Assembly (NCBI GenBank): GCA_039815185.1
Contig: JBCBZT010000011.1
Location: forward strand, 128,474 to 192,473
Source of the DNA: Cyanobacteria bacterium P01_A01_bin.123
GTDB lineage: Bacteria; Cyanobacteriota; Cyanobacteriia; Phormidesmidales; Phormidesmidaceae
Direction of reading: 5' to 3'
DNA length: 64,000 nt
The first letter of the stretch is position 1. Each line of letters opens with the position of its first letter. A model generated the notes under the pieces. It worked only from the letters and a program-made list of their open reading frames with translations. It was not told the DNA's origin and searched no databases. Below, piece by piece: positions 10,533 through 21,068 of the stretch. The translations under genes and the position numbers were made by a program.

Positions 10533-12047
10533 ATGGCATCAGACATTCTCAAGCCGCTACTGACAAACACCTTAAGTTGCTTCGCCCAAGCAGTGGAGCG
10601 CAGCCCTTTGGCACTGACTTGTCAGGAGGTGGGCACCGTCACCTTTGTCGGCAGTGGTATTGCTCGAGCGACGGGACTGCCTAATGTGCAATCGCAAGAG
10701 CAGGTTCGCTTTGCTGATGGTGCCTTTGGGTTGGCATTTAACCTGGACGTGGATCAAGTGGGCTTGGTGTTGCTGGATAACCGCGAGACCTTAAAGGCGG
10801 GCAGTGAAGTCCAGCGTACGGGGCGAGTGCTGGATGCGCCTGTCGGAGAAGGATTACTGGGACGAGTGATTGACGCCACTGGACGCGTTTTAGATGCCGG
10901 TGCACCACTGCCTGTTTTGGAACGGCAACCGATTGAACGCCCGGCTCCGGCAATTATGGATCGGGCCCCTGTGACGGTGCCCCTACAAACTGGCATTAAA
11001 GTCATTGATGCCCTAGTTCCCATTGGTCGGGGGCAGCGGCAGCTTATTTTGGGTGATCGGCAGACAGGCAAAACCGCGATCGCCCTCGACACCATCCTCA
11101 ACCAAAAAGACAAAGACGTGATTTGCATCTACTGCGCCATTGGCCAGCGTAGTGATGCGGTTGCCAAACTCGTTGCTGATTTGCGCCACCAAGGGGCAAT
11201 GGGATATTGCATTGTCGTTGTTGCCAGCGGTGAAGATACCCCCGGATTGCAGTACATCACACCCTATGCTGCCACCACCATGGCCGAATATTTCATGGCG
11301 CAGGGCCGCGATGTCCTGATCATCTACGATGACTTGATCCACCATGCCAGAGCCTACCGAGAACTGTCCCTTTTGCTGCGCCGTCCTCCTGGTCGTGAAG
11401 CCTTCCCCGGCGATATTTTCTATATTCATGCCCGCTTGCTAGAGCGCGCCACTTGCCTACGCCCCGAACTGGGGGGGGGATCCCTGACGGCCTTGCCTAT
11501 TGTTGAAACCGAAGCAGGGAATCTGTCTGCCTACATTCCGACTAACTTAGTGTCGATTACAGACGGACAAATTTACCTGACCCCTAACCTGTTTCAAAAA
11601 GGCATTCTTCCGGCAGTAGATGTCGGTCGGTCGGTCTCTCGTGTCGGCGGCAACGCCCAACTCCCTGCCTATCGGTCTATTTCAGGCGATCTGCGACTCG
11701 CTTACTCCCAGTTCCAAGAGCTTGAATCCTTTGCTCGCTTTAGCACCCGCCTGGATGAGTCTACTCAGCAGGTTCTAACCCGAGGTCGTCGCATCCGAGC
11801 CGTTTTACAGCAAGACCAGTACCATCCGCTCACCGTCAGTCAACAAATCGCCCTACTCCTGACTGCCAACGAAGGGGTGTTGGATAACTTGCCCATTGAT
11901 CAGATTTCTCAATTTGAATCAAACCTTACCCAAGCCGTCGAAACCCAGCTCCCTGATATTTGCCAGCGCATTTTATTGGGAGAGCAGTTAGCCGAGGGGG
12001 ATCGGCAGGCACTGTTGGATATGGCCAGTGAGGGAGTGGGGGAGTGA
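10533..12047 (+). CDS. atpA: N-ATPase alpha subunit
   Basis: [28 protein letters not shown]. Confidence 0.97.
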   Translation: MASDILKPLLTNTLSCFAQAVERSPLALTCQEVGTVTFVGSGIARATGLPNVQSQEQVRFADGAFGLAFNLDVDQVGLVLLDNRETLKAGSEVQRTGRVLDAPVGEGLLGRVIDATGRVLDAGAPLPVLERQPIERPAPAIMDRAPVTVPLQTGIKVIDALVPIGRGQRQLILGDRQTGKTAIALDTILNQKDKDVICIYCAIGQRSDAVAKLVADLRHQGAMGYCIVVVASGEDTPGLQYITPYAATTMAEYFMAQGRDVLIIYDDLIHHARAYRELSLLLRRPPGREAFPGDIFYIHARLLERATCLRPELGGGSLTALPIVETEAGNLSAYIPTNLVSITDGQIYLTPNLFQKGILPAVDVGRSVSRVGGNAQLPAYRSISGDLRLAYSQFQELESFARFSTRLDESTQQVLTRGRRIRAVLQQDQYHPLTVSQQIALLLTANEGVLDNLPIDQISQFESNLTQAVETQLPDICQRILLGEQLAEGDRQALLDMASEGVGE

Positions 12048-12058
12048 GGGAGTGGGGG
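12027..12058 (+). repeat. 16-bp G-rich tandem repeat AGTGAGGGAGTGGGGG x2
   Basis: Spans the atpA stop; reverse complement of the C-rich units upstream of atpC. Confidence 0.8.
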
Positions 12059-12226
12059 AGTTGAGGTGGAGAAGATGGAGGAGGTGAGGAGGACTTCGCC
12101 AACGGTTCTACCCCGACCACCCGATCACGCCAACCCTGCGGGATGCCGCTGTCACATCTACCCCATCACTCGATCACCCCAACCCTCTGGGAAGCCGCAA
12201 TCTCCTCTACACCCCATCACCCCATC

Positions 12227-13135
12227 ATGCCCACTCCCGAAACCCTCCAGCGCAAAATCAAAAGTGCTGAAGAACTCCAATCCATTGTTAAAACCATGAA
12301 AGCCTTGGCTGCCGTCAGCATTCGTCAGTACGAAAACGCGGTGGTTTCTCTGGCAGAGCATAGTCGGGCGCTGGCAATGGGGTTGCAAATTTTAATGATC
12401 AACAATCCTGACGCTTTGATAGCCCAGCGTCCCAGTCGTCCTCAGCGGCTAGGCATTGTCGTGTTTGGAAGTGATCAGGGGATGTGTGGTCGATTTAACC
12501 AGCAGCTGGTTGAGTCTATTGTGAATCGCTTAGAGCGGTTGCGTAGGGCTCATTTATTGCAGGGGAACACAGCATTCTCACCCGCGTTACTGGTTGTAGG
12601 GTCCCGAATTGCTGACGGACTCCTCGCCGCTGACCAACTCGTGGAAGAATACTTGCCCGTGCCGGGCTCCATCGATGGCATTACGCCGCTGGTACAACGT
12701 ATCGTGCTACAGCTAGAAGCTTGGCGCCAAACTGGCCAGGTCGATCACATTTGGGTGTTTCACAACCGCCCTGCTGGGGGAACTGTCTCAACACCTACGT
12801 TGTTGCAGCTATTTCCGCTGAGCTACCTCTATCTGCACAAGCTCCAGCAACAGCCTTGGCCTTCTCGCTGCCGCCCTCAGGTAACAATGGCACGCGATCG
12901 CTTATTTTCTGCTTTGTTTCAACAGCACTTTTTCATTGGTCTTTATCGAGCCTGCGCTGAATCTCTCGCCAGTGAGAATGCTAGCCGCCTGGCATCCATG
13001 CAAATTGCTGAAAAAAACATTGAAGAACGCCTGAGCGACCTGAAAGTTACCTTTCAGCAGCAGCGCCAAACTGCCATCACTGAAGAACTGCTCGATATTG
13101 TCTCTGGCTTTGAAGCCCTAGCCCAAGACCCCTAG
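12227..13135 (+). CDS. atpG: N-ATPase gamma subunit
   Basis: LQSIVKTMKALAA, GSDQGMCGRFN, ASENASRLASMQ, RQTAITEELLDIVSG. Confidence 0.95.
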   Translation: MPTPETLQRKIKSAEELQSIVKTMKALAAVSIRQYENAVVSLAEHSRALAMGLQILMINNPDALIAQRPSRPQRLGIVVFGSDQGMCGRFNQQLVESIVNRLERLRRAHLLQGNTAFSPALLVVGSRIADGLLAADQLVEEYLPVPGSIDGITPLVQRIVLQLEAWRQTGQVDHIWVFHNRPAGGTVSTPTLLQLFPLSYLYLHKLQQQPWPSRCRPQVTMARDRLFSALFQQHFFIGLYRACAESLASENASRLASMQIAEKNIEERLSDLKVTFQQQRQTAITEELLDIVSGFEALAQDP

Positions 13136-13156
13136 CGGATTCTGGTTCCCTTCAAA

Positions 13157-13744
13157 TCAAACGTCGGGATTGATCTGCACAGGCACATCAAGCAACTCAT
13201 CGGGCAAGGGCAAGGGGGCGCTGGGGGGCGGCAGTTGCCAAACATCCTCTGGACTAAGAACCGGAAGTTCATTCCCGTTCCATGAATCATCCATACCGCC
13301 AATGCTAATTGGGGTACCGACGACTGTGGCGTCAGCCAAGTTGATGTTCTCCATCGACGCGCCCGCAACATCTACATAATAATAAAGCTGAGCTTGGGCT
13401 AAATTAGCGTTGTCCAAATCGGCCATGGCCAGACTAGCGTTGGTCAAAAAGACCCCTGTTAAGTTAGCTCCGGTAAGATCGGCTTTGGCGAGATCAGCAC
13501 CTTCTAAATTGGCCCAAGAGAGGTCAGCCCCCGTGAGCTCTGCCCCGCGCAAATCGGCCCCGATCAGATGGGCACCGCTCAGATCTACGCCAACTAAATT
13601 ACAACCCGCGCAGTTGTTGGTGACCAGTAACCGACGTAAATTGGCAGCCCGAGTATCGTCATCAAGTGGCGTTTCCGCAAGGGCGGAACTGGTAAACAGC
13701 AACGCTACCGACAAAGACAATGCAGCGAGATCGCGAATCTTCAT
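13157..13744 (-). CDS. Secreted pentapeptide repeat protein
   Basis: Signal peptide, C..C then A(D/N)LXX repeats; SD AGGAGG. Confidence 0.9.
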   Translation of the reverse strand: MKIRDLAALSLSVALLFTSSALAETPLDDDTRAANLRRLLVTNNCAGCNLVGVDLSGAHLIGADLRGAELTGADLSWANLEGADLAKADLTGANLTGVFLTNASLAMADLDNANLAQAQLYYYVDVAGASMENINLADATVVGTPISIGGMDDSWNGNELPVLSPEDVWQLPPPSAPLPLPDELLDVPVQINPDV

Positions 13745-13981
13745 AGAATCCTCCTTTTAGCATGGCAATTGCGGCGGTTCTTGGAACCATGCTTACTTTG
13801 GATAGAATTACAGCCCAGAAGGTGCGTTTTCTTACTAAGAAGGCATCTTAATTAGAGGTGGACTGTACTAAGTTTAGGGCACTTTGAACAACACTATCTA
13901 CCCTCTCTAAATTATCGCATAGCTGGCAGTAAATATTGATATTAGGCAACGATTTTAATGAAACGATACGCGTATCTCAAT

Positions 13982-14014
13982 CCTCACAAATTCCTCAAAG
14001 TGTTGATTTATAAC
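13982..14014 (+). promoter_or_regulatory. CCTCA direct-repeat promoter module, copy 3 (before usp-usp-hoxEF)
   Basis: CCTCA-caaatt-CCTCA-aagtgttgatt-TATAAC. Confidence 0.8.
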
Positions 14015-14152
14015 TTTAACTGGCAGCAACAAAAGAGACTGCCGATTTTTTTTTGATTGGGCTCGTATGGTGCAAACGACATAGCGGAAAACGACGCTTT
14101 CGGTAGCGGCGATAGATCAAAGTTTTACCGAATCGACAGGAGGTTCTTCATC

Positions 14153-14695
14153 ATGCTGAATAAGATTTTAGTGGCCGTTGATAAATCAGTCGCTAGCCAA
14201 CGGGCGTTTGAAACCGCCTTAGAACTTGCGAAAGCACTTGGATCTGAGCTGATTCTGGTTCATGCACTGGATGTGTTTGATCCGGCCAGTCCTGAGCGGC
14301 CTACGACGCTAGTTGGCAGCTACTCCATGGAGCTGGATGATATCTTACGAAAAAACTATGAGCACCAGTGGGCTGAGTTTGTCAAACACTACGATGCGCT
14401 ACTTAAACAGAAACAAGCGGACGCTAAATCGGTTGGTGTTGAAGCCAGTTATCTCTTGCCCTATGGCAGTCCTGGGTCAGCGATTTGCAAAACAGCTCGA
14501 ACCAGCGACGTTGATGTGATTGTGGTGGGCAGTCGTGAATATTCTTCTGGGCTGAGCCAGCTTTTTCTAGGCAGTGTCAGTAACTATATTTTGCACCACG
14601 CCCCTTGTTCGTTCATGGTGATTCATCCGGATGGTGGTGACAGCCATATTTCGCTTGGAGAGCAGTCAAAACTCAGCGCTACCACAATGTCATAG
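14153..14695 (+). CDS. Universal stress protein (UspA family)
   Basis: KILVAVD, IVVGSR, FLGSVSNYILHHAPCS; SD AGGAGG. Confidence 0.92.
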   Translation: MLNKILVAVDKSVASQRAFETALELAKALGSELILVHALDVFDPASPERPTTLVGSYSMELDDILRKNYEHQWAEFVKHYDALLKQKQADAKSVGVEASYLLPYGSPGSAICKTARTSDVDVIVVGSREYSSGLSQLFLGSVSNYILHHAPCSFMVIHPDGGDSHISLGEQSKLSATTMS

Positions 14696-14809
14696 TGCAT
14701 AGTCAGACGACTTAATAGTCTGGCCGAATACTAAGTCATAAGACACCGGATTGTTCAAGGAATATGCAACGCAAATACCTTGAAAGAAAACTTATTCAAT
14801 AAGGAAACG

Positions 14810-15343
14810 ATGATGTTCAACAAAATTCTCGTCGCCCTCGATCCTGATGATATCTGTGTGGATCTTTTCGAAAAAGCAGTGGCGCTAGCCCAAGCCGCAG
14901 GGGCAAATCTGATGCTGCTTAGTGTGCTGACGCCAGAAGGCGATGTATCGGCCTATTCTGGATTGGCTTACTACCCCTTAGAGCTGAATGAAAGCGTTTG
15001 GAATACTTACCAGCAAAATCGTCGGGAATACGAAGTTAAAGGGCTGAAGATCCTCCTCGACCGTACCAATCAAGCTGCAGCGGCAGGGGTACATACTGAG
15101 TTCACTCAGGTTTTTGATAGTCCAGGGCGTGCTATCTGCGATTTAGCCAGAACTTGGCAGGCTGACTTGGTGTTGGTGGGTAGCCATGGCCGCACAGGCT
15201 TGAGTGAGATGTTTCTAGGCAGCGTTAGCAACTACGTGATGCACCATGCGCCCTGCTCAGTGCTGGTTGTCCATGGGCAAACAAAGACTAAGACGATCAA
15301 TAAAATCTCTGATTTAACTGCTTTAACTGCTGTCGAAGGATGA
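14810..15343 (+). CDS. Universal stress protein (UspA family)
   Basis: KILVALD, VGSHGRTGL..FLGSVSNYVMHHAPCSV; stop overlaps the hoxE ATG. Confidence 0.92.
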   Translation: MMFNKILVALDPDDICVDLFEKAVALAQAAGANLMLLSVLTPEGDVSAYSGLAYYPLELNESVWNTYQQNRREYEVKGLKILLDRTNQAAAAGVHTEFTQVFDSPGRAICDLARTWQADLVLVGSHGRTGLSEMFLGSVSNYVMHHAPCSVLVVHGQTKTKTINKISDLTALTAVEG

Positions 15344-15858
15344 TGCCTATTTCCCCTACGGTAGCTAAACCTGACAGCCACACTGCTGAAGACAAGCGGC
15401 TACGGCTGCTAGAAGCCGCGATGAAGCGTCATCAGCATCGCCCTGACGCCCTGATTGAAGTACTGCACACGGCTCAGGAACTGTTTGGCCATCTGAATCC
15501 TGGTTTGCTTCTGCACATTGCCCATAGCTTGCGGTTGCCTCCCAGCCAAGTTTATGGAGTTGCCACCTTCTACCACTTTTTCTCGTTACAGCCCAAGGGC
15601 GTCCATACCTGCGTTGTCTGTATGGGGACAGCCTGCTATGTCAAAGGCGCAGCGCAGTTACTCAGTACCCTAGCGCAAAAAGCAGGCATCCAGGCTGGAG
15701 AGACCACATCTGACAAACAACTCTCACTGATGACAGCCCGTTGTCTTGGAGCCTGTGGCATAGCCCCAGCAGTTGTGTTTGATGACCAACTTGCAGGTCT
15801 CCAAACCCCTGCTGTTGTTCTTGATCGTCTTCAAACCTGCCTGTCTGCATCCACTTAA
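15340..15858 (+). CDS. hoxE: Bidirectional hydrogenase subunit HoxE
   Basis: YGVATFY, CVVCMGTACYVKG, CLGACG [2Fe-2S] motif. Confidence 0.93.
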   Translation: MMPISPTVAKPDSHTAEDKRLRLLEAAMKRHQHRPDALIEVLHTAQELFGHLNPGLLLHIAHSLRLPPSQVYGVATFYHFFSLQPKGVHTCVVCMGTACYVKGAAQLLSTLAQKAGIQAGETTSDKQLSLMTARCLGACGIAPAVVFDDQLAGLQTPAVVLDRLQTCLSAST

Positions 15859-15873
15859 GCCCCTCAATACGCA

Positions 15874-17478
15874 ATGGATCTGCACGAACTTCACCAGCGC
15901 TCAACCGCAACCCAGAAGCCTTATCGTATTCGCTGCTGCACCGTCGGGGGCTGCCTTTCTGCCAATGGTCTTGCTGTCAAGACTCAACTCGCAATAGCTG
16001 TCGTCAAAGCCGGACTTGATGATCAAGTCACTGTCTCCAGCGTCGGCTGCATGGGCCTTTGCAGTCAAGGCCCGCTCGTGCAAGTCGACCCTTCTGGCAA
16101 CCTTTACCGAAAAGTCATCCCCGACCAAGCTCCCCAAATCGTCTCCACCCTCCCCATCACCTCATCACCCCCACTGCCCCTCGCTCCATCCCCCCGCCCC
16201 CTCGCTCCCAATCAGCCCTTCTTTACTTGCCAACATCGGATTGTGCTTGAAAACAGCGGTCACATCGACCCAGAACAGATTGAAGACTACATCGCTGTGT
16301 CCGGATATGAAGCCCTACACCGGACGCTACGGGAGATGCAACCGGAAGAAGTGGTAGATATGATCACCCGTAGCGGTCTGCGGGGGCGGGGTGGGGCAGG
16401 ATATCCTACTGGCCTGAAGTGGGCAACAGTGGCCAAAATGCCCCCTGGACAAAAGTATGTGGTGTGCAATGCCGACGAAGGCGATCCTGGCGCTTATATG
16501 GATCGTAGCGTGTTGGAGAGTGACCCCCATCGCGTGCTAGAAGGCCTTGCGATCGCAGCTTATGCTGTCGGGGCCAATCAGGGATACATTTACGTGCGGG
16601 GAGAATACCCCCTAGCCATTAGCCATCTACAGACGGCAATTCGTCAGGCTAAGCACTACGGTCTTTTGGGCAGCCAGATATTTGACTCCCCCTTTGACTT
16701 TCGCATTGATCTTCGCATTGGGGCAGGTGCTTTTGTCTGCGGTGAAGAAACTGCCCTAATGGCTTCTATTGAAGGTAAACGGGGGATTCCCCGCCCCCGC
16801 CCCCCTTACCCGGCTGAGTCGGGGTTGTGGGGTTGTCCAACGTTAATCAACAATGTAGAAACCTTCGCCAACATTGCCCCCATTATTCGTAACGGGGCTG
16901 ATTGGTTCTCAGCTATTGGTACGGCACACAGTAAGGGCACCAAAGTCTTTTCGCTAACCGGCAAGGTTCAGAACGCTGGATTGATTGAAGTCCCGATGGG
17001 CATTACGCTGCGCGAGATTGTTGAAGAGATAGGACAGGGTGCTCCCGATGGGGGCCAAGTAAAAGCAGTACAGACCGGGGGACCATCAGGCGGATGTATT
17101 CCAGCGGCGGCATTTGACACCCCCGTAGACTACGAATCGCTGAAAAAACTAGGCTCGATTATGGGCTCTGGTGGCATGATCGTGATGGACGAGCAGACTT
17201 CCATGGTAGATGTGGCGCAGTTTTTCATGCAATTTTGCATGGATGAATCCTGCGGTAAGTGTATTCCCTGCCGCGCAGGCACCGTTCAGCTTTATCAATT
17301 GTTGACCAAGTTTAAAGAACGCCAAGCCACGCATAACGATCTAGAACAACTTGAAACACTTTGCGACATGGTTAAGCACACAAGCCTCTGTGGTTTAGGG
17401 CAGGCTGCACCTAATCCGGTTTTGAGTACCCTCCGATATTTCCATAATGAATATTTGGCGGCGATGAATGCCTCCTGA
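15874..17478 (+). CDS. hoxF: Bidirectional hydrogenase diaphorase subunit HoxF
   Basis: [44 protein letters not shown]. Confidence 0.95.
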   Translation: MDLHELHQRSTATQKPYRIRCCTVGGCLSANGLAVKTQLAIAVVKAGLDDQVTVSSVGCMGLCSQGPLVQVDPSGNLYRKVIPDQAPQIVSTLPITSSPPLPLAPSPRPLAPNQPFFTCQHRIVLENSGHIDPEQIEDYIAVSGYEALHRTLREMQPEEVVDMITRSGLRGRGGAGYPTGLKWATVAKMPPGQKYVVCNADEGDPGAYMDRSVLESDPHRVLEGLAIAAYAVGANQGYIYVRGEYPLAISHLQTAIRQAKHYGLLGSQIFDSPFDFRIDLRIGAGAFVCGEETALMASIEGKRGIPRPRPPYPAESGLWGCPTLINNVETFANIAPIIRNGADWFSAIGTAHSKGTKVFSLTGKVQNAGLIEVPMGITLREIVEEIGQGAPDGGQVKAVQTGGPSGGCIPAAAFDTPVDYESLKKLGSIMGSGGMIVMDEQTSMVDVAQFFMQFCMDESCGKCIPCRAGTVQLYQLLTKFKERQATHNDLEQLETLCDMVKHTSLCGLGQAAPNPVLSTLRYFHNEYLAAMNAS

Positions 17479-17590
17479 ACAGTGCTCAGAATAGAGAAGT
17501 CTGAATGTATCTGCCCTCTGACTTTTGCCCTCTTTATTTTTGACTCCTTCGACAACGAATTTTCTTAGATTAAATCAACCGCTAATCCAT

Positions 17591-17623
17591 CCTCATAGTT
17601 TCACCAAATTGTTGTCTTAATCT
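17591..17623 (+). promoter_or_regulatory. CCTCA direct-repeat promoter module, copy 4 (before hsp20)
   Basis: CCTCA-tagttt-CACCA-aattgttgtct-TAATCT. Confidence 0.65.
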
Positions 17624-17717
17624 AAAAGTAGAGGGTCTTGATCAACACCCACCACATTCCAAATTGTTGTTTCAAGACCAGTCAACTTGTTATTTCTAGA
17701 ACCTTGGAGGCAAGACA

Positions 17718-18185
17718 ATGGCGATTATGCATTGGAGACCTTTTCACGATCTGAAACACTGGGAACCTTTTGGCGAAGTAGACACGCTTAGAAAAGAGAT
17801 GGACACTCTATTCGAGCAGTTTACCTCTGGTTTAGGTCGAGAGACCAATGGATTGACGTTTATTCCATCGGCAGAAATCGATGAAACAGACACTGAAATT
17901 CACCTGAAGCTAGAAGTGCCGGGTATGAGTGCGGAAGACCTGGATATTGAAGTAACCGATGATGCGGTTGCTATCACAGGCGAGCGCAAATCCGAGACCC
18001 AGTCGGAAGAAGGCGATACATTGCGCTCCGAATTCTACTATGGCAAATTTGAACGATTTATTCCTTTACCGCATCGAATTCAGCGAGACAATGTGGCAGC
18101 TGAATACAAAGATGGCATTCTAAACCTGACACTACCTAAATCCGAAGAACAGAAGGAGAAGATAGTTAAGGTTAAAGTCTCTTGA
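17718..18185 (+). CDS. Hsp20/alpha-crystallin small heat shock protein
   Basis: W.PF, PSAEIDET, LEVPG, SEFYYGKFER, YKDGILNLTLPK; SD GGAGG. Confidence 0.95.
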   Translation: MAIMHWRPFHDLKHWEPFGEVDTLRKEMDTLFEQFTSGLGRETNGLTFIPSAEIDETDTEIHLKLEVPGMSAEDLDIEVTDDAVAITGERKSETQSEEGDTLRSEFYYGKFERFIPLPHRIQRDNVAAEYKDGILNLTLPKSEEQKEKIVKVKVS

Positions 18186-18265
18186 TTAGGTAGGCTGCAA
18201 ATCCAATGAGTTGCTGTTTTGTAGAGACACTGCAAAATAACCTTGATGAGCTATGACTGGGCATG

Positions 18266-18290
18266 GGCTGGGACACGGCATGTCCCAGCC
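18266..18290 (+). terminator. Stem-loop downstream of hsp20 (putative terminator)
   Basis: GGCTGGGACA-cggca-TGTCCCAGCC, perfect 10-bp stem; no U-tract. Confidence 0.45.
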
Positions 18291-18316
18291 ATAGGCTTAC
18301 AGGAAGATTAAAAGCG

Positions 18317-18554
18317 TTAGACGATACTGTCTTCTTCAGGAATCGTCAACGATTTTGGACTGCACTTTCTGGTAGTCGCAATGATACCCAGGGCACCTTC
18401 CTGAACTAAATCAGTGACGTATCCACTTTGCTGGTGCCGGGCTTCTTGGACACTCTCGAAAGGACCGAAGTAATAGGTACAACGAGGAGCTGCTGTACAA
18501 ACTTCGATCCACCAAGGAGATTGGGCATCAGCGTCACGATTTTGCTCGCCGCAT
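18317..18554 (-). pseudogene. DUF1816-family pseudogene with two frameshifts (not in ORF track)
   Basis: Minus strand reads PWWIEVCTAAPRCTYYFGPFESVQEA...GYVTDLVQEGALGI; the ATG and the C-terminal CSPKSLTI are each out of frame by one extra A. Confidence 0.75.
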
Positions 18555-18639
18555 TAGGGTTGGGCCTAGCGGTTGTGGTGTGGACTCAATTCGCGGTCGT
18601 CTCGGTCTGAAGTTTGTCAGTGTCTTAGCTTAACTACCC

Positions 18640-18672
18640 CCTCACGAGTTCCTCAACTTTGTGACGTAGCGT
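18640..18672 (+). promoter_or_regulatory. CCTCA direct-repeat promoter module, copy 5 (before small ORF, membrane protein, hoxU)
   Basis: CCTCA-cgagtt-CCTCA-actttgtgacg-TAGCGT. Confidence 0.8.
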
Positions 18673-18718
18673 GAGAGTAACCTAAATTGGCATCTTCATC
18701 GCTATGGGTTAGGAGGAA

Positions 18719-18847
18719 ATGATGAGCCAAGAAATTAACCCAGATTTGAAACATCTACAAGTGCTTTCAATCTTCCACTATGTTTTGGGCGGCTCGATGG
18801 CAGTTTTTCGATTACCTGGGGATTACATTAGAACACAACTGCAATGA
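18719..18847 (+). CDS. 42-aa small ORF (not in ORF track), possibly a truncated membrane protein
   Basis: SD AGGAGG; MMSQEINPDLKHLQVLSIFHYVLGGSMAVFRLPGDYIRTQLQ*; ATGA overlap with the next gene. Confidence 0.6.
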   Translation: MMSQEINPDLKHLQVLSIFHYVLGGSMAVFRLPGDYIRTQLQ

Positions 18848-19329
18848 GACCTAATACGAAGCCTAAAGCCACCCCCATTAATCTTCGGCGACTGGTGTTG
18901 ATCAGTGCCTTTCGCCTCAGTATGGTTTGGGACTTGCTGACGACGTTTCTAGGCACCCTAATTATTCTGGGCAGCGCTGGTTTTATTGCTTTGGGGTTGA
19001 GTTTGGTGGGTACGTTGACGGTCGGTGCATTTAATTTTTCTACTAAGTCGATTTGGAAGTGGCGACGCATAAGACAGCCCGAGGTTGCCCTATTGAAGGG
19101 AGTCTGGATATTTGCGATCGCCTTTGATTTTTGGACATCCTTGACCTGCAACGTGACCTACGTCGCCCTGAAGCAGTTTGAATTAGGCCGTTCGGAAACG
19201 TTATCTCGGCTGTTCACTCAGCTTACACTTGGCCAAATTTTAATTGTTTTATTTGTCACTATCCTAACCACCATTGGACCGATGATGGTGGGCTACATCA
19301 GAGATCGAGATTTGGATTTTTTAACCTAA
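18844..19329 (+). CDS. Hypothetical membrane protein (4 TM)
   Basis: Four hydrophobic segments; lies within the hox cluster. Confidence 0.7.
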   Translation: MRPNTKPKATPINLRRLVLISAFRLSMVWDLLTTFLGTLIILGSAGFIALGLSLVGTLTVGAFNFSTKSIWKWRRIRQPEVALLKGVWIFAIAFDFWTSLTCNVTYVALKQFELGRSETLSRLFTQLTLGQILIVLFVTILTTIGPMMVGYIRDRDLDFLT

Positions 19330-19344
19330 TCGGTGTTGAAGACA

Positions 19345-20064
19345 ATGGCTGTCAAAACGCTAACAATTGACAATCAGCTGATCAGCGCTCGACAGAGGGA
19401 AACGTTACTGGATGCCGCGAAAGATGCTGGTATCTCCATTCCCACCCTCTGCTATTTAGAAGGGTTATCTACGGTAGGGGCTTGTCGACTTTGCTTAGTA
19501 GAAGTCGAGGGTAGTGCCAAACTTTTACCGGCCTGTGTGACCCCAGTTGAAGAAGGCATGGTGGTGCAGACCCAAACGGAGCGCTTACAGCGCTATCGGC
19601 GCATGATTGTGGAACTGCTATTAGCTGAAGGCAACCACGTTTGTGCCGTTTGTGTCTCTAACGGGGATTGTGAACTGCAAGATCTGGCCGTAGAAATGGG
19701 GATTGATCATGTGGGGTTAGCCTATCAGTTTCCAGACCGCAGGGTAGATATCTCCCACGAGCGCTTTGGGCTTGATCATAATCGCTGTGTCCTTTGCACC
19801 CGATGTATCCGTGTTTGCGATGAACTAGAAGGGGCGCACACCTGGGATATGGCTGGTCGCGGTCGCATGTCCCAGGTGATTAGTGACCTCAATCAGCCTT
19901 GGGGAGAGGCTTCTAGTTGCACGTCCTGTGGCAAGTGCGTCAATGCTTGTCCCACGGGGGCGTTGTTCCACCGAGGATCAACAGCGGGAGAAATGCGGCG
20001 AGATCGCGACCAGCTAAGCTTTATTGCCACCGCTCGCCAGCAAAAGCAGTGGTTTAGAAAATAA
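19345..20064 (+). CDS. hoxU: Bidirectional hydrogenase subunit HoxU
   Basis: [52 protein letters not shown]. Confidence 0.95.
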   Translation: MAVKTLTIDNQLISARQRETLLDAAKDAGISIPTLCYLEGLSTVGACRLCLVEVEGSAKLLPACVTPVEEGMVVQTQTERLQRYRRMIVELLLAEGNHVCAVCVSNGDCELQDLAVEMGIDHVGLAYQFPDRRVDISHERFGLDHNRCVLCTRCIRVCDELEGAHTWDMAGRGRMSQVISDLNQPWGEASSCTSCGKCVNACPTGALFHRGSTAGEMRRDRDQLSFIATARQQKQWFRK

Positions 20065-20168
20065 ACTACATCCGATTTGAAAACTTGTTCACGTAGCGTC
20101 TCCGGAGGAGAAATTTTTAGATTAAAGAAAAACTATGGGTCTGAATGTAATCAAGGCTTAATCGCCTA

Positions 20169-20201
20169 CTCCACAAGTTCCTCATACTTTTTATCTAGGG
20201 T
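20169..20201 (+). promoter_or_regulatory. CCTCA direct-repeat promoter module, copy 6 (before pstB-hoxY)
   Basis: CTCCA-caagtt-CCTCA-tactttttatc-TAGGGT. Confidence 0.75.
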
Positions 20202-20230
20202 TTAGGTGTGGAGAAATAATATCTATACAG

Positions 20231-21046
20231 GTGCTTACAATGATATCTAAAATTGCGACTATAGCACCGCCTAAAACTGCTCTGACTGTCCGAAATACCA
20301 CCGTGTATTATGGCTCAGTTTTAGGCGTTTATGACGTTTCTTTTGACATTCCAGAACGTGAGATAACGGCTCTAATTGGCCCATCGGGATGCGGTAAAAG
20401 CACGTTGATTCGATGTTTTAACCGTCTCAATGATCTCATCCCTAGGACTCGCATCCAGGGCGAAATCTTATTCTATGGCAGAAGTATCTACGAGCGAAAC
20501 TTGGAAATAGGCGTATTGCGTCGACGGATTGGCATGGTGTTTCAAAAACCAAATCCGTTTAACACTTCCATTTACGAAAATATTGCCTTTGGAGCCCGCA
20601 TCAATGGCTATCTAGGTGATTTAGATGAGTTGGTCGAGACCTCGCTGCGTCGGGTTGCCCTATGGGATGAGGTCAAAGATAGACTCCATAAGGGCGGTGT
20701 TGACCTATCTGGTGGTCAACAGCAGCGGCTTTGCATTGCCCGCTGCATTGCGGTCGAACCCGAAGTGTTGCTCATGGATGAGCCTTGTTCTGCGTTAGAT
20801 CCCATGGCGACCCGACACATCGAAGAACTCATGCAAGAACTCCGCGAGCACTACACGATTGTAATCGTCACCCACAATATGCAACAGGCCTCGCGAGTTT
20901 CCGACAGGGCGGCATTTTTCAATACTAAAACCGACGAGAAGGGGCATCGCTATGGTTATCTCGTCGAATATGACTCGACAGAAGTGATCTTCAACCATCC
21001 CCAAGAAAAGCTGACCCTGGAATATGTCAGCGGTCGGTTTGGTTAG
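20231..21046 (+). CDS. pstB: Phosphate ABC transporter ATP-binding protein PstB (no pstSCA in window)
   Basis: [61 protein letters not shown]. Confidence 0.93.
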   Translation: MLTMISKIATIAPPKTALTVRNTTVYYGSVLGVYDVSFDIPEREITALIGPSGCGKSTLIRCFNRLNDLIPRTRIQGEILFYGRSIYERNLEIGVLRRRIGMVFQKPNPFNTSIYENIAFGARINGYLGDLDELVETSLRRVALWDEVKDRLHKGGVDLSGGQQQRLCIARCIAVEPEVLLMDEPCSALDPMATRHIEELMQELREHYTIVIVTHNMQQASRVSDRAAFFNTKTDEKGHRYGYLVEYDSTEVIFNHPQEKLTLEYVSGRFG

Positions 21047-21068
21047 CACGGTATAGGAGAGGCGGCAG

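Noticed and set aside
18428..18610. 60-aa plus-strand ORF
   Set aside because: Antisense shadow of the DUF1816-like pseudogene
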